Part shown: one piece after another, positions 19,846-29,727 of the stretch | Position numbering within the stretch: the first letter of the stretch is position 1 | Layout: each line of letters starts with the position of its first letter | Source: a virus | Lineage: Duplodnaviria > Caudoviricetes | IMG/VR virus record: IMGVR_UViG_3300034520_000265 | Span: 1-62,802 of that record | Direction: 5' to 3' (one strand) | Length of the DNA stretch: 62,802 nt | Translations under genes and position numbers: made by a program | Notes under the pieces: generated by a model | The model's input: the letters and a program-made list of their open reading frames with translations, nothing else | Told to the model about the DNA's origin: nothing | The model's database searches: none

Positions 19846-20562
19846 ATGGTTAAGATAGCTGATTGTGTTGAACAAGGGCAGACGATTTTAATAGTTAATC
19901 CCAAAACAACAAGAATATACGGTGCAATACATGCAGGTACAACAGTGCAAAATGCTGATCCAAATACACAATACGTACAAGTTGTAGAATCATTAGATGA
20001 AGTAAATAATTGGATTGCTCAAGGTGCATTTTACAAAGATGGAGCTATATATAAAGGTATGACTACAAATGATTTGAATGTATTAGCTACTGCAGAACAA
20101 GAATTTAAAATACGAATACAATTCCCAGAATATGCTTCTACTACTCTAAATGTCTATTTATATAAAGAAGAAGAATTAATATGGGACGAAAGCTATACAG
20201 CAACCGGAGAAGTATATGATTTAAAATTAACAGCTCCAAAAGAAATTGGGCAATATACATTAAAGATAATTTCAGAAGAATATGGTCGGTTATCTATTAC
20301 AATTGTTATTCCTGGTGAAGTTCCTAAACTTGTTAACGAACAAGTGCCCGAGCTTACAGAAGAAGAAAAAAGTCAAATTGAAGTCTTAAAACCCTTTGTC
20401 AATTCAGTAAAAGCAAGTATGAATATTCAAGAAGCTGATTTAGATAAACTTATAAATGATTCTGAGTTTGATACCTTAGCAAACGAATTATCTCAATTAT
20501 CAGATGCACAAAAGAAAAAAATAATAGAAATGATTATAGCCAGAATTAAAAAGCTGTATTAG
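19846..20562 (+). CDS. Hypothetical protein, possible fibre assembly chaperone
   Basis: 238 aa between two fibre genes, AGGAGG RBS; role inferred from position only. Confidence 0.4.
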   Translation: MVKIADCVEQGQTILIVNPKTTRIYGAIHAGTTVQNADPNTQYVQVVESLDEVNNWIAQGAFYKDGAIYKGMTTNDLNVLATAEQEFKIRIQFPEYASTTLNVYLYKEEELIWDESYTATGEVYDLKLTAPKEIGQYTLKIISEEYGRLSITIVIPGEVPKLVNEQVPELTEEEKSQIEVLKPFVNSVKASMNIQEADLDKLINDSEFDTLANELSQLSDAQKKKIIEMIIARIKKLY

Positions 20563-22541
20563 TGAGGTGGAAAAGAATGTTTAAATCTGTTTTCAGAGAA
20601 TTAAATCCAATTCGCCTGCTAAAATCATTATTTAGTAAGAACGTACATTCTGAAAGAGCTGATACATTCATAAAAGGGCAAAAACCATCGCATAAAAAAC
20701 ATACACATGATATTTTTTATCTTAGAAATGATATCGTTCAAAAAGCCAAGAAAGTATCAGAGGATTTTTCAGATGTTTCATTAAAAAATCATAAACATAA
20801 TGAATATATTGCAAATAGCGAAGTTGAAAATATAGAAAGCTTAAGAATTATTCCGTTGGAGAGTTTATCATATTTGAATCAAATCCCCGCTTATGCCTTT
20901 TCTCCGAAGAATCATAAACATCCGAGTTATAAAGAAAAACAAAATTATAAAGGGAGGATTAAAGCCGATAAAGGAAGTTTTATATATGGTAAAAATGGCC
21001 CTGTCACTGTTAATGGTATTTATTCTTCTTTGAATCATGAACATTCAGGTTATGTTTCTAAAAAAGATAGATGTATATACACACAAAAGCTTGGAAATCA
21101 AAAAGCAGAACATTTTGATCTAAAAAATCATTTTCATGAACAATATCATGACGTGTACAAATCAGTAAAACCTAAATTTACTGGTTTGGAATATGCAGAC
21201 TATATTAATCTTAATCAAAATCAAACAAGTAGCTTTGCAATTATTCTCGGTGGAAGAAATTATAATACATATACTAAAAATGTTACTATTCATCCTAGAA
21301 GTGTAATTCCACGTTCTGTAGTAACGCAAAAAGTAGGTGTAAGTAATTTTTTGCCTACAGTTAGTAGTGCACCGTCCGTTTCAATGAAATTTACAGCTGG
21401 TACTACAGCTAATTTAGTAACTCTTTATAAAAGTTTCTTTAAGGAAGGAGTGTTTTATCCTACATATAGTTACGGTCAAGGTGCAACACGTTCAATGAAA
21501 TATGCATTAGTATTTTATGATAGCGATGTATATTCTAACCTAAAAAAAGTAATTAAAAGACGATTAATTGTTGAAAATTTACCTACAATTAACGTATCAG
21601 TTGATTTTAAAGGTGATTTGATTGATAGTAGTAATAAATCAGCTGATTTAAATAACTCTTCATTTGTTAAATATGCAGGAATATACAATGATTCAGATAC
21701 ATGGATTCCAAGTATTAATCCAGATGATAATTCATTCCAATCAATTGGTCTTTCAATTAAAGCATGGTCAATGAAACTAGGTACTTTATTAAAACATAGT
21801 TTTAATTTAGCTGTCTTGACTATCTTAAATATTCTCGCGTCTATTGCAAATGGTTTTTATACTGTTGGAGATAATATAGATGTTGAAATTAATATTTTCG
21901 GTTGGAAATTTCGCCCTTTTAGTTTTGTGGCAAGTGTATTTTATGGTATTGCTAATGCTATAGGAGCGGGTATTAATGCAATTATAAGTACATTGTTAAT
22001 GACAATTGATACAACAATAATGTATGTGGGTGCTAATCCAAATAATGTTATTATTTATAAGTATCATCGACAAAGTGATGGTGTGCCTATAGATGAATTT
22101 ACAGGCGAATTAAAAGGTGAGACAATAGTAACGCAAAGTATAAACCGTGTGGTTGGTTCTGTAAAAATTGACACTAAATATCAATTCTATGGTGATCCAC
22201 CAATTACATATAATGGTGTGTTCGGTGGAGAATTTTCAAATATTAACGAAATAAAGAATTATATTAATGACTTAATTAATGTACAGTATCATTTTGCATA
22301 TTATTCTATTAAACCGCCTTCTTCGTCGACTAGTAGTTATTACGTAACAACAAAATACATTAACGGGTTTCCTGTTTACCTAATGAGAGGCATTTTGCCG
22401 ATAAGGAGCAAACAGATAGGATTCAATCTATCTGTGGCTCAAGATCAAATTATTGTATACAATACAGGTATACCATTTGCATTGTTTACCGGTCTTCAAA
22501 GTAAAAGTGCTGGTGGAGGCGGCGATTATATGGCTTCTTAA
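20562..22541 (+). CDS. HxH-repeat fibre-like protein D with hydrophobic helical insertion
   Basis: Five repeats HTHDIFY, HKHNEY, HKHPSY, HEHSGY, HFHEQY; N-terminal half is colinear with protein C; two hydrophobic segments around aa 415-480. Confidence 0.6.
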   Translation: MRWKRMFKSVFRELNPIRLLKSLFSKNVHSERADTFIKGQKPSHKKHTHDIFYLRNDIVQKAKKVSEDFSDVSLKNHKHNEYIANSEVENIESLRIIPLESLSYLNQIPAYAFSPKNHKHPSYKEKQNYKGRIKADKGSFIYGKNGPVTVNGIYSSLNHEHSGYVSKKDRCIYTQKLGNQKAEHFDLKNHFHEQYHDVYKSVKPKFTGLEYADYINLNQNQTSSFAIILGGRNYNTYTKNVTIHPRSVIPRSVVTQKVGVSNFLPTVSSAPSVSMKFTAGTTANLVTLYKSFFKEGVFYPTYSYGQGATRSMKYALVFYDSDVYSNLKKVIKRRLIVENLPTINVSVDFKGDLIDSSNKSADLNNSSFVKYAGIYNDSDTWIPSINPDDNSFQSIGLSIKAWSMKLGTLLKHSFNLAVLTILNILASIANGFYTVGDNIDVEINIFGWKFRPFSFVASVFYGIANAIGAGINAIISTLLMTIDTTIMYVGANPNNVIIYKYHRQSDGVPIDEFTGELKGETIVTQSINRVVGSVKIDTKYQFYGDPPITYNGVFGGEFSNINEIKNYINDLINVQYHFAYYSIKPPSSSTSSYYVTTKYINGFPVYLMRGILPIRSKQIGFNLSVAQDQIIVYNTGIPFALFTGLQSKSAGGGGDYMAS

Positions 22542-23272
22542 ACATTAATATAACCTGATATATTCAACATATATTCACCATATGGGCGTGGCGTAATTGC
22601 CACGTTTGTTATTAATATTGAATTAGAAACATCAATTGGTGATATTTCATCAAATGCTCTTAATGTGGTTTTGTCTCCTGCTTTGGGTAATGAAATAGAT
22701 GTAGTTGGAAGAACTAAAAAAGAGCAGTCTATTTGAGCAGGATATGTACCATATATAACTACTTTATTTCCACGATTCGTATTATGTTTCGTTAAAGCTA
22801 TGTGATAACTCAAAGTTAAAGCATTAAATGAAACTTTCCTCTTTTTTATCTTTTCATTGCTAACCGATATTGTTTGATTTATATTTTCAGGTACTTCTTT
22901 TATAAGTTTTTTAGGTGCTGTATTAATAATAATACCATTTATATTTACTTCTCCACCTATAGGTGAAGTAGATATAGTTAATGTTAATGTTTCTGCTAAA
23001 ACATAATATTGATCTATATGAAAAATAAAAGGTGTATTATTTATTGATGCCTGTTCAATTTTTTTAAAAAAATCTATTGCTTCATTAAATGGTAAAAACA
23101 TTTGAGCATCAATTGATTTGAATGCTTGTGCTTCTGGTACTATTAAAACCACATCTTCTAATGAATAGTTAATTCCCTTTAAGGTCTCTTCACCTAGTGT
23201 AATTTGAGTTAAATAACCCGGGTGCTCTTGAGCAATATTTGTATAGACTAATTCTTTTAAACGCTTCGGCAT
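22538..23272 (-). CDS. Hypothetical beta-rich protein, possibly baseplate/tube-related
   Basis: 244 aa, AGGAGGTG RBS, own promoter. Confidence 0.45.
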   Translation of the reverse strand: MPKRLKELVYTNIAQEHPGYLTQITLGEETLKGINYSLEDVVLIVPEAQAFKSIDAQMFLPFNEAIDFFKKIEQASINNTPFIFHIDQYYVLAETLTLTISTSPIGGEVNINGIIINTAPKKLIKEVPENINQTISVSNEKIKKRKVSFNALTLSYHIALTKHNTNRGNKVVIYGTYPAQIDCSFLVLPTTSISLPKAGDKTTLRAFDEISPIDVSNSILITNVAITPRPYGEYMLNISGYINV

Positions 23273-23294
23273 AATTATACACCTCCTGTATTAT
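23266..23294 (+). promoter_or_regulatory. Putative late promoter TCGGCA-N17-TATTAT
   Basis: Upstream of terminase; same hexamer as at 13334. Confidence 0.5.
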
Positions 23295-23322
23295 TATATT
23301 AGCAAGGGGGTGAAAATGTTGA
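23293..23322 (-). promoter_or_regulatory. Putative late promoter TCAACA-N18-TATAAT
   Basis: Divergent partner upstream of gene 23272. Confidence 0.45.
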
Positions 23323-24875
23323 GTTTAGAGAAACAAATTAAAATAAGACCAAGTGACTTCGTCGAAAAATTCTTTTATATTAATAATAGCCCTTTTACAT
23401 TTAAAGGGCGTGAATATTTAAGAAAAGTTTATGATAGTGAATATAAAATATTCTTATTAAAAGCAGGGCGTCAGGTCGAAAAATCAACAACTATAGCAGG
23501 TAAAATGCTTACTTTAGCACTACTTATTCCTCATTTTCAAGAATTATACGTTTCACCATCATCGGAACAGACACGTAAGTTTTCATCACAGAAATTAGCT
23601 GAGCTAATAAATAATAGTCCTTTAATTCAAAGATATTATATAGGACCAGGTGTTGTTAAAAGAGTATATGAACGTTCATTTTTAAATGGAAGCCGTATTA
23701 TGCTTGGTTATGCTTTCTTAAATGCAGATAGAATAAGAGGTGCTTCCGCTGACGCTGTGTTCATAGATGAAATCCAAGATATGATTACTGATAATATTCC
23801 TGTTATAGAAGAAACTATGTCCCACTCTCCATATGGTTATAGATTATATGCAGGTACACCTAAACATATGCAATCTGCTATAGAATTTTTTTGGCAAAGA
23901 AGCACACAAACTGAATGGGTTATAAAATGTGAACATTGTAATCATTGGAATATTTTAAGTGAAAAGAATATACAACCTCATGGATTAGCATGTGAAAAAT
24001 GTGGAAAACTTTTAAATAAAGAGAATGGTGTATGGGCGGATATGGTTCCAGATGCCCCTATAAAATCATTAAGATTACCACAGCCTATTATGTCTTGGAT
24101 CTCATGGAGTGATATATGGTATAAATACCAAAATTACTCCCGTGAAGCATTTTATAACGAAGTTCTTGCTTTACCTTATTCTACTGCTACTAATGTCTTA
24201 ACTCAAGAAGATTTAGTTAGAGCTTCAGGTACACACCCCTTATTTGAAAAATATGATTCTAAATTTTTATATAATCAACCAACATATATGGGTATTGACT
24301 GGTCAACTAGTACACCAGATAGTCATTCGTATACAGTTGTAGTAATAGGAACATTTATCAATGGTAAATTTCACATTGTTCATATGAGACGATTTATGGG
24401 TTTACAGAGTGATATAGGTCTTGCAATAGAAGAAATATTAAAGCTTGCAAAAGAATTTAAAGTGCAGTTAATTGGTGCTGATTGGGGTGTTGGAAGTGGA
24501 GGAGCTAACGCTATCTTGAGAAGAGAATTAGGTGGATTTAATAAATTATGGGAGTTTTATTATTCATTTAATCAAAAGGAATTAGTTAAATGGGATAAGA
24601 AAGGTTTGAAGTTTGTAATTAATCGAACACAAACTTTAACTAATTTATTTATGAGAATCAAAGATCACTCTATAGTTTTTCCACGCTTTTCTGATTGGAG
24701 CTACTTAGCTGAAGATTTCTTGAATTTATACGTAGATTACAACAACCAAGAAGTAATGTTTTATAATAAATTACCGGATAAAAGCGATGATTTGGTTCAT
24801 GCTGTTAATTTTTGCTACCTTGCTGCACTATTAAATACAGGGCAATTAAATGTAGTTAAAGCAAAAATGGCCTAA
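23310..24875 (+). CDS. terL: Terminase large subunit (GpA-like, with Zn ribbon)
   Basis: Walker A-like KAGRQVEKST, Walker B VFIDEIQD, coupling motif AGTP, CEHC..CEKC ribbon, RNase H-fold MGIDW and C-terminal DDLVHA. Confidence 0.9.
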   Translation: MKMLSLEKQIKIRPSDFVEKFFYINNSPFTFKGREYLRKVYDSEYKIFLLKAGRQVEKSTTIAGKMLTLALLIPHFQELYVSPSSEQTRKFSSQKLAELINNSPLIQRYYIGPGVVKRVYERSFLNGSRIMLGYAFLNADRIRGASADAVFIDEIQDMITDNIPVIEETMSHSPYGYRLYAGTPKHMQSAIEFFWQRSTQTEWVIKCEHCNHWNILSEKNIQPHGLACEKCGKLLNKENGVWADMVPDAPIKSLRLPQPIMSWISWSDIWYKYQNYSREAFYNEVLALPYSTATNVLTQEDLVRASGTHPLFEKYDSKFLYNQPTYMGIDWSTSTPDSHSYTVVVIGTFINGKFHIVHMRRFMGLQSDIGLAIEEILKLAKEFKVQLIGADWGVGSGGANAILRRELGGFNKLWEFYYSFNQKELVKWDKKGLKFVINRTQTLTNLFMRIKDHSIVFPRFSDWSYLAEDFLNLYVDYNNQEVMFYNKLPDKSDDLVHAVNFCYLAALLNTGQLNVVKAKMA

Positions 24876-24889
24876 GGAGGCTGAAAAGT

Positions 24890-25162
24890 ATGATTATAGA
24901 AACTTTAATTAAATTAGCAGCGCAAGAAGCAAAACACAAATGGGAAGGAAAGACAAAGAATTATGTAGTTGAAAAACTTAACCCACCTCCTGGTAAGAAA
25001 GGAATTAAATGGAGAAGAAAAGTAGTAAGAGACAAACATGGGTATAAACATATAGTCAATTTAGCTTGTAAGGGAGGAAAATGTGTAGCTACAAGTTTAT
25101 GGCATGAAAAGAACGAGCCGATGGCTAAAAAGGCGAAAAAGCGCCTGCCGAAACTTAAATAG
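24890..25162 (+). CDS. Small highly basic protein with N-terminal KLA motif
   Basis: 90 aa, Lys/Arg-rich, AGGAGG RBS. Confidence 0.55.
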   Translation: MIIETLIKLAAQEAKHKWEGKTKNYVVEKLNPPPGKKGIKWRRKVVRDKHGYKHIVNLACKGGKCVATSLWHEKNEPMAKKAKKRLPKLK

Positions 25163-25178
25163 AAAGGGGTTGAATTAA

Positions 25179-26339
25179 ATGACAACGGAACAATTATTTA
25201 TGCTTGCTGATTATATTTCGGATAAATATATCAGCGGTGAAAACGATGATTTAAATGAACTTATTGCAGAAGTAGCGGAAGAAGAACAGCTGAATATTAA
25301 GCAAATTGAAGCATTATTAAATGAAGTGAATAGAGCTGTATTTCAGAAGTTGTTTGATATATATGAAGATAAAACTTTTGAATTCCCTATTGCTAAATTA
25401 GATTTAATTCTTGCGAAATTAAACAGAACTGAACCAGATAAAGTAGAGATATTTAAGATAGAAGCCGAGCCAAAAGAAGTTAACGAAGAAGAAGAATCAA
25501 TGGCTAAGGCTGCTTCATTAATAGAATCAGAAATTAATGAAGAAGATTACATAATTGATTCTTCTATAATTGATACCGCTGATATTTTTGGAGTTAATTC
25601 CCTTGAGAAAGAAGCAAGTCAACCGGACAATACAAAGACTATTTTAAAAAAATATGTAAAACTTGCGAATGAATTTGAGCAATTAGCTCAAATTGCACAT
25701 ATAAAAATAGCGGAAATAAATGAACTTTTAGCACAAGCATCACAAATTATAGCTGAATTAAAAGCATTGGGAGTAAACGAAAATGAATTCGTAAAAACAT
25801 TAAAAAGCAACCAAGTACCTGATGAAGTAATAAAGGAATTAACTATTGAATTTAGAAAAGTACAACCTGCGAAAGAAATCAGATTAGCTAAAACAGCTAC
25901 ATTGAAAGATGCATACGATTTAGGCCATCGTATTATAGAAGCACTTAGAACAGGTGATTCGTATAGAATGCAATTCATAAAGAAAGAAGCTTCTGAATAT
26001 GATTTAAATAGTTTAGAAGAGAAATTAAAGATTATAGGTATTTACGATCAACTTCCAAGTTCCTTCTGGCATTCATTTAAACAGCCAATCAACGGTCAAG
26101 AAAAACTTGCTGAAGAGGAAATTAAATTTGAATCTAATATATTTCAAATAATCACAGTAGCAAATAAACTTCATGAATGTGAAAAAGCGGTTGGGCAATT
26201 TTTAAAGAAAGCATCAGAAATAAAGCAGTTTGTAGATGAACTTAACGACGAGAGTTTAAGATCTAATGCAGGTATTCTCTTTAAAAAACACGCTAATGTA
26301 ATTAAAAAATACAATCAAGTAAAGGAGGCAAAAATATGA
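25179..26339 (+). CDS. KxA-rich acidic helical protein (putative prohead core/internal protein)
   Basis: About ten K-x-A motifs; lies between terminase and protease. Confidence 0.55.
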   Translation: MTTEQLFMLADYISDKYISGENDDLNELIAEVAEEEQLNIKQIEALLNEVNRAVFQKLFDIYEDKTFEFPIAKLDLILAKLNRTEPDKVEIFKIEAEPKEVNEEEESMAKAASLIESEINEEDYIIDSSIIDTADIFGVNSLEKEASQPDNTKTILKKYVKLANEFEQLAQIAHIKIAEINELLAQASQIIAELKALGVNENEFVKTLKSNQVPDEVIKELTIEFRKVQPAKEIRLAKTATLKDAYDLGHRIIEALRTGDSYRMQFIKKEASEYDLNSLEEKLKIIGIYDQLPSSFWHSFKQPINGQEKLAEEEIKFESNIFQIITVANKLHECEKAVGQFLKKASEIKQFVDELNDESLRSNAGILFKKHANVIKKYNQVKEAKI

Positions 26340-26773
26340 GTGAACTCTACAAACACGCACAGGTATTCAAACAAGCTTTAAAGGAAGATTTTGGTGTAGA
26401 TAATAAAAAAGAAGTTACTAAAGAGGCTTCATTTGCACAAAAAGTTGTTCCTATGATTAGTGCAGCAGGCAAAACAATTGGTGCAATAGCAACAGGAGTA
26501 GAAGCTATAAATTCTATTAGTAAGATTACCAAACAACTGTCAGCTAAAAGTATTAATCTTGAACGTCTTGCAGAATCCATTAGTAAAAAATATCCTGGTT
26601 GGCCAAAAGATGAAACATTAAAATATTTACATCAACTTAAAATAAATGTTCCTGCAATTTTTAATGATCCTTATACACTTGAAGAAGCATTAAGGAGGGC
26701 ATTCTTATACGGAGGATTCGATCCGCAGTATTTAATACAGCTAAAAGAGCTGTATTCAAAATATTCGAGGTGA
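26336..26773 (+). CDS. KxA-leader protein with amphipathic/hydrophobic segment
   Basis: KHA, KQA, KEA in the first 31 aa, followed by SFAQKVVPMISAAGKTIGAIATGV. Confidence 0.5.
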   Translation: MSELYKHAQVFKQALKEDFGVDNKKEVTKEASFAQKVVPMISAAGKTIGAIATGVEAINSISKITKQLSAKSINLERLAESISKKYPGWPKDETLKYLHQLKINVPAIFNDPYTLEEALRRAFLYGGFDPQYLIQLKELYSKYSR

Positions 26774-26779
26774 TAATTT

Positions 26780-28099
26780 ATGATTTATAAAGAAATAGCT
26801 GTATCCGATTTTCAACATTCAGATATTTTTTTGTTGAAAGAAGGGAAATTAGAAAAGAGAGCTTCTATTGCAATGGAAGAGATAGCGAACGAAGCAAAGA
26901 AATTTATTGATAGTCTTGAACCAACCGAAGAAAAATTCTATTGTTTGGTTGTTGCATTAGGTGCAGGTGAATATTGGGGACCTAATAGAAATGGCGATTA
27001 TTTTAAAGAAGAAGATCTAATTAAAAGTTACAAAACTTTTGAAGAAGGGCATGTGTTTAGATTACATGAAAATAAAGATCCAAATAAAGCACTCGGAAGA
27101 GTGCTTAAAGCTTTTTGGAACGATAGAATGAAAAGAGTTGAACTTATCTTAGAAGTAGATAGAGTAAAAGCACACGATATTCTAAATAGATTAATGAACA
27201 ATGAAACAGTAGATGTATCAATGGGTTGTAAAGTTGAATATGATGTATGTAGTGTATGTGGTCATAAATCAAGAACGAGAGCTGAATATTGTGATCACTT
27301 AAAGTACAGTATGAAGAAAATGCTTCCAGACGGTACAAGAGTTTATGCGATTAATCCTAATCCGAAATTTTTTGATATTAGTTTTGTTAGACGCGGTGCA
27401 GATCCTACTGCAAAAGTTTTATTAAAAGTAGCTGAAGATGAATCAGTAGCTGCAATGCTTCCAAAACAAGAAAAAGTATCAGAAATGCACAAAGAAATTC
27501 CTGCAGAACACGTTCAATTAATAGATAAATTAATTAATAAGGGATTAGTTACAAGAGAATTCATTTTAAGACGTCCTATGATAGGACATTTAATTTTAAA
27601 TAGAATTCTCAATCATTTAACTCCAGAAGAACTTTTAAGTGGCGCTTTATCATTAGGGTTATTCTTTAAACCGGAAGAATTAGTCTTCTTACTAAGCAGA
27701 TTTCATACAAATAAACCAGAATATATTGCCAAGATAATAGCAGATACTCCTGTAACGAAAAAGAACATTATAATAATTAAAAAACATATTATCGATGTAC
27801 CTTCTATATTTGAAGCTGAATTACCAGATAAACCTATTCTTGCGATACAGCATGAGAAGACAGCGGAAGAGCGTATAGTTGAAAGTGCATATATGTTGAA
27901 ATTAGCTTCTGTATCTGATTTATTCCAATTATTAATTACATTAATTACTCCAGTTATGGCTTCAAGTGCAAAACGTGCAATTAAAAAAGAACTAATTCAA
28001 AAGCAGTTAAATCACCCAAAACTTGAACCACGTAATACAGCAATACTCAGACAACACGGAAATATAGCTGCAGGTATGCTTTTGTTAGGTAATGATTAA
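26780..28099 (+). CDS. Prohead (capsid maturation) protease with Zn-finger insertion
   Basis: NRNGDYF, FRLHEN (catalytic His), DVSMGC (catalytic Ser), CSVC...YCDH, FFDISFV..GAD; herpes/HK97-type protease motifs upstream of scaffold and capsid genes. Confidence 0.85.
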   Translation: MIYKEIAVSDFQHSDIFLLKEGKLEKRASIAMEEIANEAKKFIDSLEPTEEKFYCLVVALGAGEYWGPNRNGDYFKEEDLIKSYKTFEEGHVFRLHENKDPNKALGRVLKAFWNDRMKRVELILEVDRVKAHDILNRLMNNETVDVSMGCKVEYDVCSVCGHKSRTRAEYCDHLKYSMKKMLPDGTRVYAINPNPKFFDISFVRRGADPTAKVLLKVAEDESVAAMLPKQEKVSEMHKEIPAEHVQLIDKLINKGLVTREFILRRPMIGHLILNRILNHLTPEELLSGALSLGLFFKPEELVFLLSRFHTNKPEYIAKIIADTPVTKKNIIIIKKHIIDVPSIFEAELPDKPILAIQHEKTAEERIVESAYMLKLASVSDLFQLLITLITPVMASSAKRAIKKELIQKQLNHPKLEPRNTAILRQHGNIAAGMLLLGND

Positions 28100-28114
28100 T
28101 AATACTGCTAAATT

Positions 28115-28143
28115 TCAACATTTTTGAGTTTTTTGTATATACT
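28115..28143 (+). promoter_or_regulatory. Putative late promoter TCAACA-N17-TATACT
   Basis: In the intergenic gap before the scaffold/capsid operon. Confidence 0.55.
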
Positions 28144-28194
28144 TCTTAGTGTAATGCATTAAATCAACCAAATCTTTGTAAGGAGGGGTAAAGT

Positions 28195-28593
28195 ATGTTT
28201 AAAAGTGCAGAAGAAAAAATGGCATATGAATTAGGTAAGATTTTGGGAAGAGGTATGGCTGAAGGATATCTCGAAAAAATTGCAGAGGAGCTTGAAGAAC
28301 TTCAGCAAGCAGAATTAGAAGCAGCTGGAGTTCCAACAGATGTAGTTGAAGAAATTGAACCTGAAACAGATGAACCAGATTTCAACTATGAAGCTTCCGA
28401 TGAAGATCCTGAAGTACAAAGTGCAATTCAACTTAGAGAAACACTTCTTGATATGACTCCAGAAGAAATAGTTGCATGGTACAACTCTCTTGATGATGCA
28501 TCAAAGAATGTAATTGATAATATTCCTGAAATTAGATTGATTGTTGAGCAAGCACACGCAAGCTTCAACCAACCAATTTCCGAGCAGGTCTAA
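28195..28593 (+). CDS. Acidic scaffold-like protein
   Basis: Very Glu/Asp-rich; KSA, KMA, KIA at the N-terminus; strong RBS. Confidence 0.55.
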   Translation: MFKSAEEKMAYELGKILGRGMAEGYLEKIAEELEELQQAELEAAGVPTDVVEEIEPETDEPDFNYEASDEDPEVQSAIQLRETLLDMTPEEIVAWYNSLDDASKNVIDNIPEIRLIVEQAHASFNQPISEQV

Positions 28594-28634
28594 GCGTCAC
28601 AGCTCTGGTCGGGGCTTATAAGGAGGTGAAATGA

Positions 28635-29282
28635 ATGAACAAAGAAGCCCTAGCGCAACATATTGGACATTTACTGAACTCAATTGGAGTTACAAATACA
28701 ATGACTATTTTTGCGGCTCAACCATTAAAAAAAGTAGCTGAAATGCTTGAAGAAGAGCCTACATTAAAGAAAGAAGCAAGTAGCTTTTTATTTAGTGAAT
28801 TATATGAAATGATTAAATCAGCTGCTGGAACAGAAAAAACTGCATCTGAAGTAACACACGAAGAAACTGAAAATCTTCCTTCTATATATTTAAAGATGCT
28901 GGAACAAACGAACAATGAGATTCAGAAAGAAGCTGAGGAAAGTACAGAAATAACTGAAGATTCAGAGCCTAATGAAGTTTCAAAACCTGAAAAAAATTCA
29001 GAACCTGGTGATGGTATTAAAACAGCAAGTGTAAAAAATGAATTGATTAAAGATATTCTCTTTAAAAAAGCTGAATTAGAAGGGCTTGATGGTAAAGCAG
29101 TAATAGATGAAATGAAAGAATTAGAGAATAAAAACGTTCAAGAACTACTCAAAATAGCCAAAGAGCTTGATGAAAAGATTATTTTAACACAATCTTCTAT
29201 AGGTGAACCTGATTTTATTAAGGGAGCATCTGCTTCCGATCCATTAACAGATTTATTGCTATCAAAAGCAAATTTATTTTAA
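28635..29282 (+). CDS. Putative capsid scaffolding protein
   Basis: Ten K-x-A motifs in 215 aa; helical; C-terminal DPLTDLLLS; directly upstream of decoration and capsid genes. Confidence 0.6.
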   Translation: MNKEALAQHIGHLLNSIGVTNTMTIFAAQPLKKVAEMLEEEPTLKKEASSFLFSELYEMIKSAAGTEKTASEVTHEETENLPSIYLKMLEQTNNEIQKEAEESTEITEDSEPNEVSKPEKNSEPGDGIKTASVKNELIKDILFKKAELEGLDGKAVIDEMKELENKNVQELLKIAKELDEKIILTQSSIGEPDFIKGASASDPLTDLLLSKANLF

Positions 29283-29288
29283 AAATAA

Positions 29289-29699
29289 ATGAAAGGAGTG
29301 AACTATATGACCAACAAATTTGACCTTTTAGTATCATTGGATAAGATTCATGTTATTAGTGTACCTGTAGCATCATCAGTTAATGTAACTCTTAAACCTG
29401 GTATGTTCGTTTCAATTGTAAACGGTGAAGCAGTTCTTCCTCCATCAGAAGGTTATGCACCTATTTATCTTGTATTAAGTGATATGGACGAACCAATTAC
29501 TAAATATGCGGGAAAAATTGGTGTTGCATTTGGAGATATGAGAATTGAAACAGAAATGTATGAAACTGATACATATGCAGCAGGAGATGCTTTGACTGTT
29601 TCAAAAAATGGTCTTTTGAAAAAACATGCTGATGTTGGTGCTATCATTGGATACGTTGAATCAGTAGTAGATAACAAACTAATCGTAGTTTTAAAATAA
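29289..29699 (+). CDS. Capsid decoration/cement protein
   Basis: Beta-tulip-like pattern (LKPGMFV...YAAGDALTVSKNGLL...IIGYV); immediately before the MCP; likely start is the second Met (MTNKF). Confidence 0.65.
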   Translation: MKGVNYMTNKFDLLVSLDKIHVISVPVASSVNVTLKPGMFVSIVNGEAVLPPSEGYAPIYLVLSDMDEPITKYAGKIGVAFGDMRIETEMYETDTYAAGDALTVSKNGLLKKHADVGAIIGYVESVVDNKLIVVLK

Positions 29700-29727
29700 G
29701 AGCCTATAGATAAGGAGGGATCCAAAT

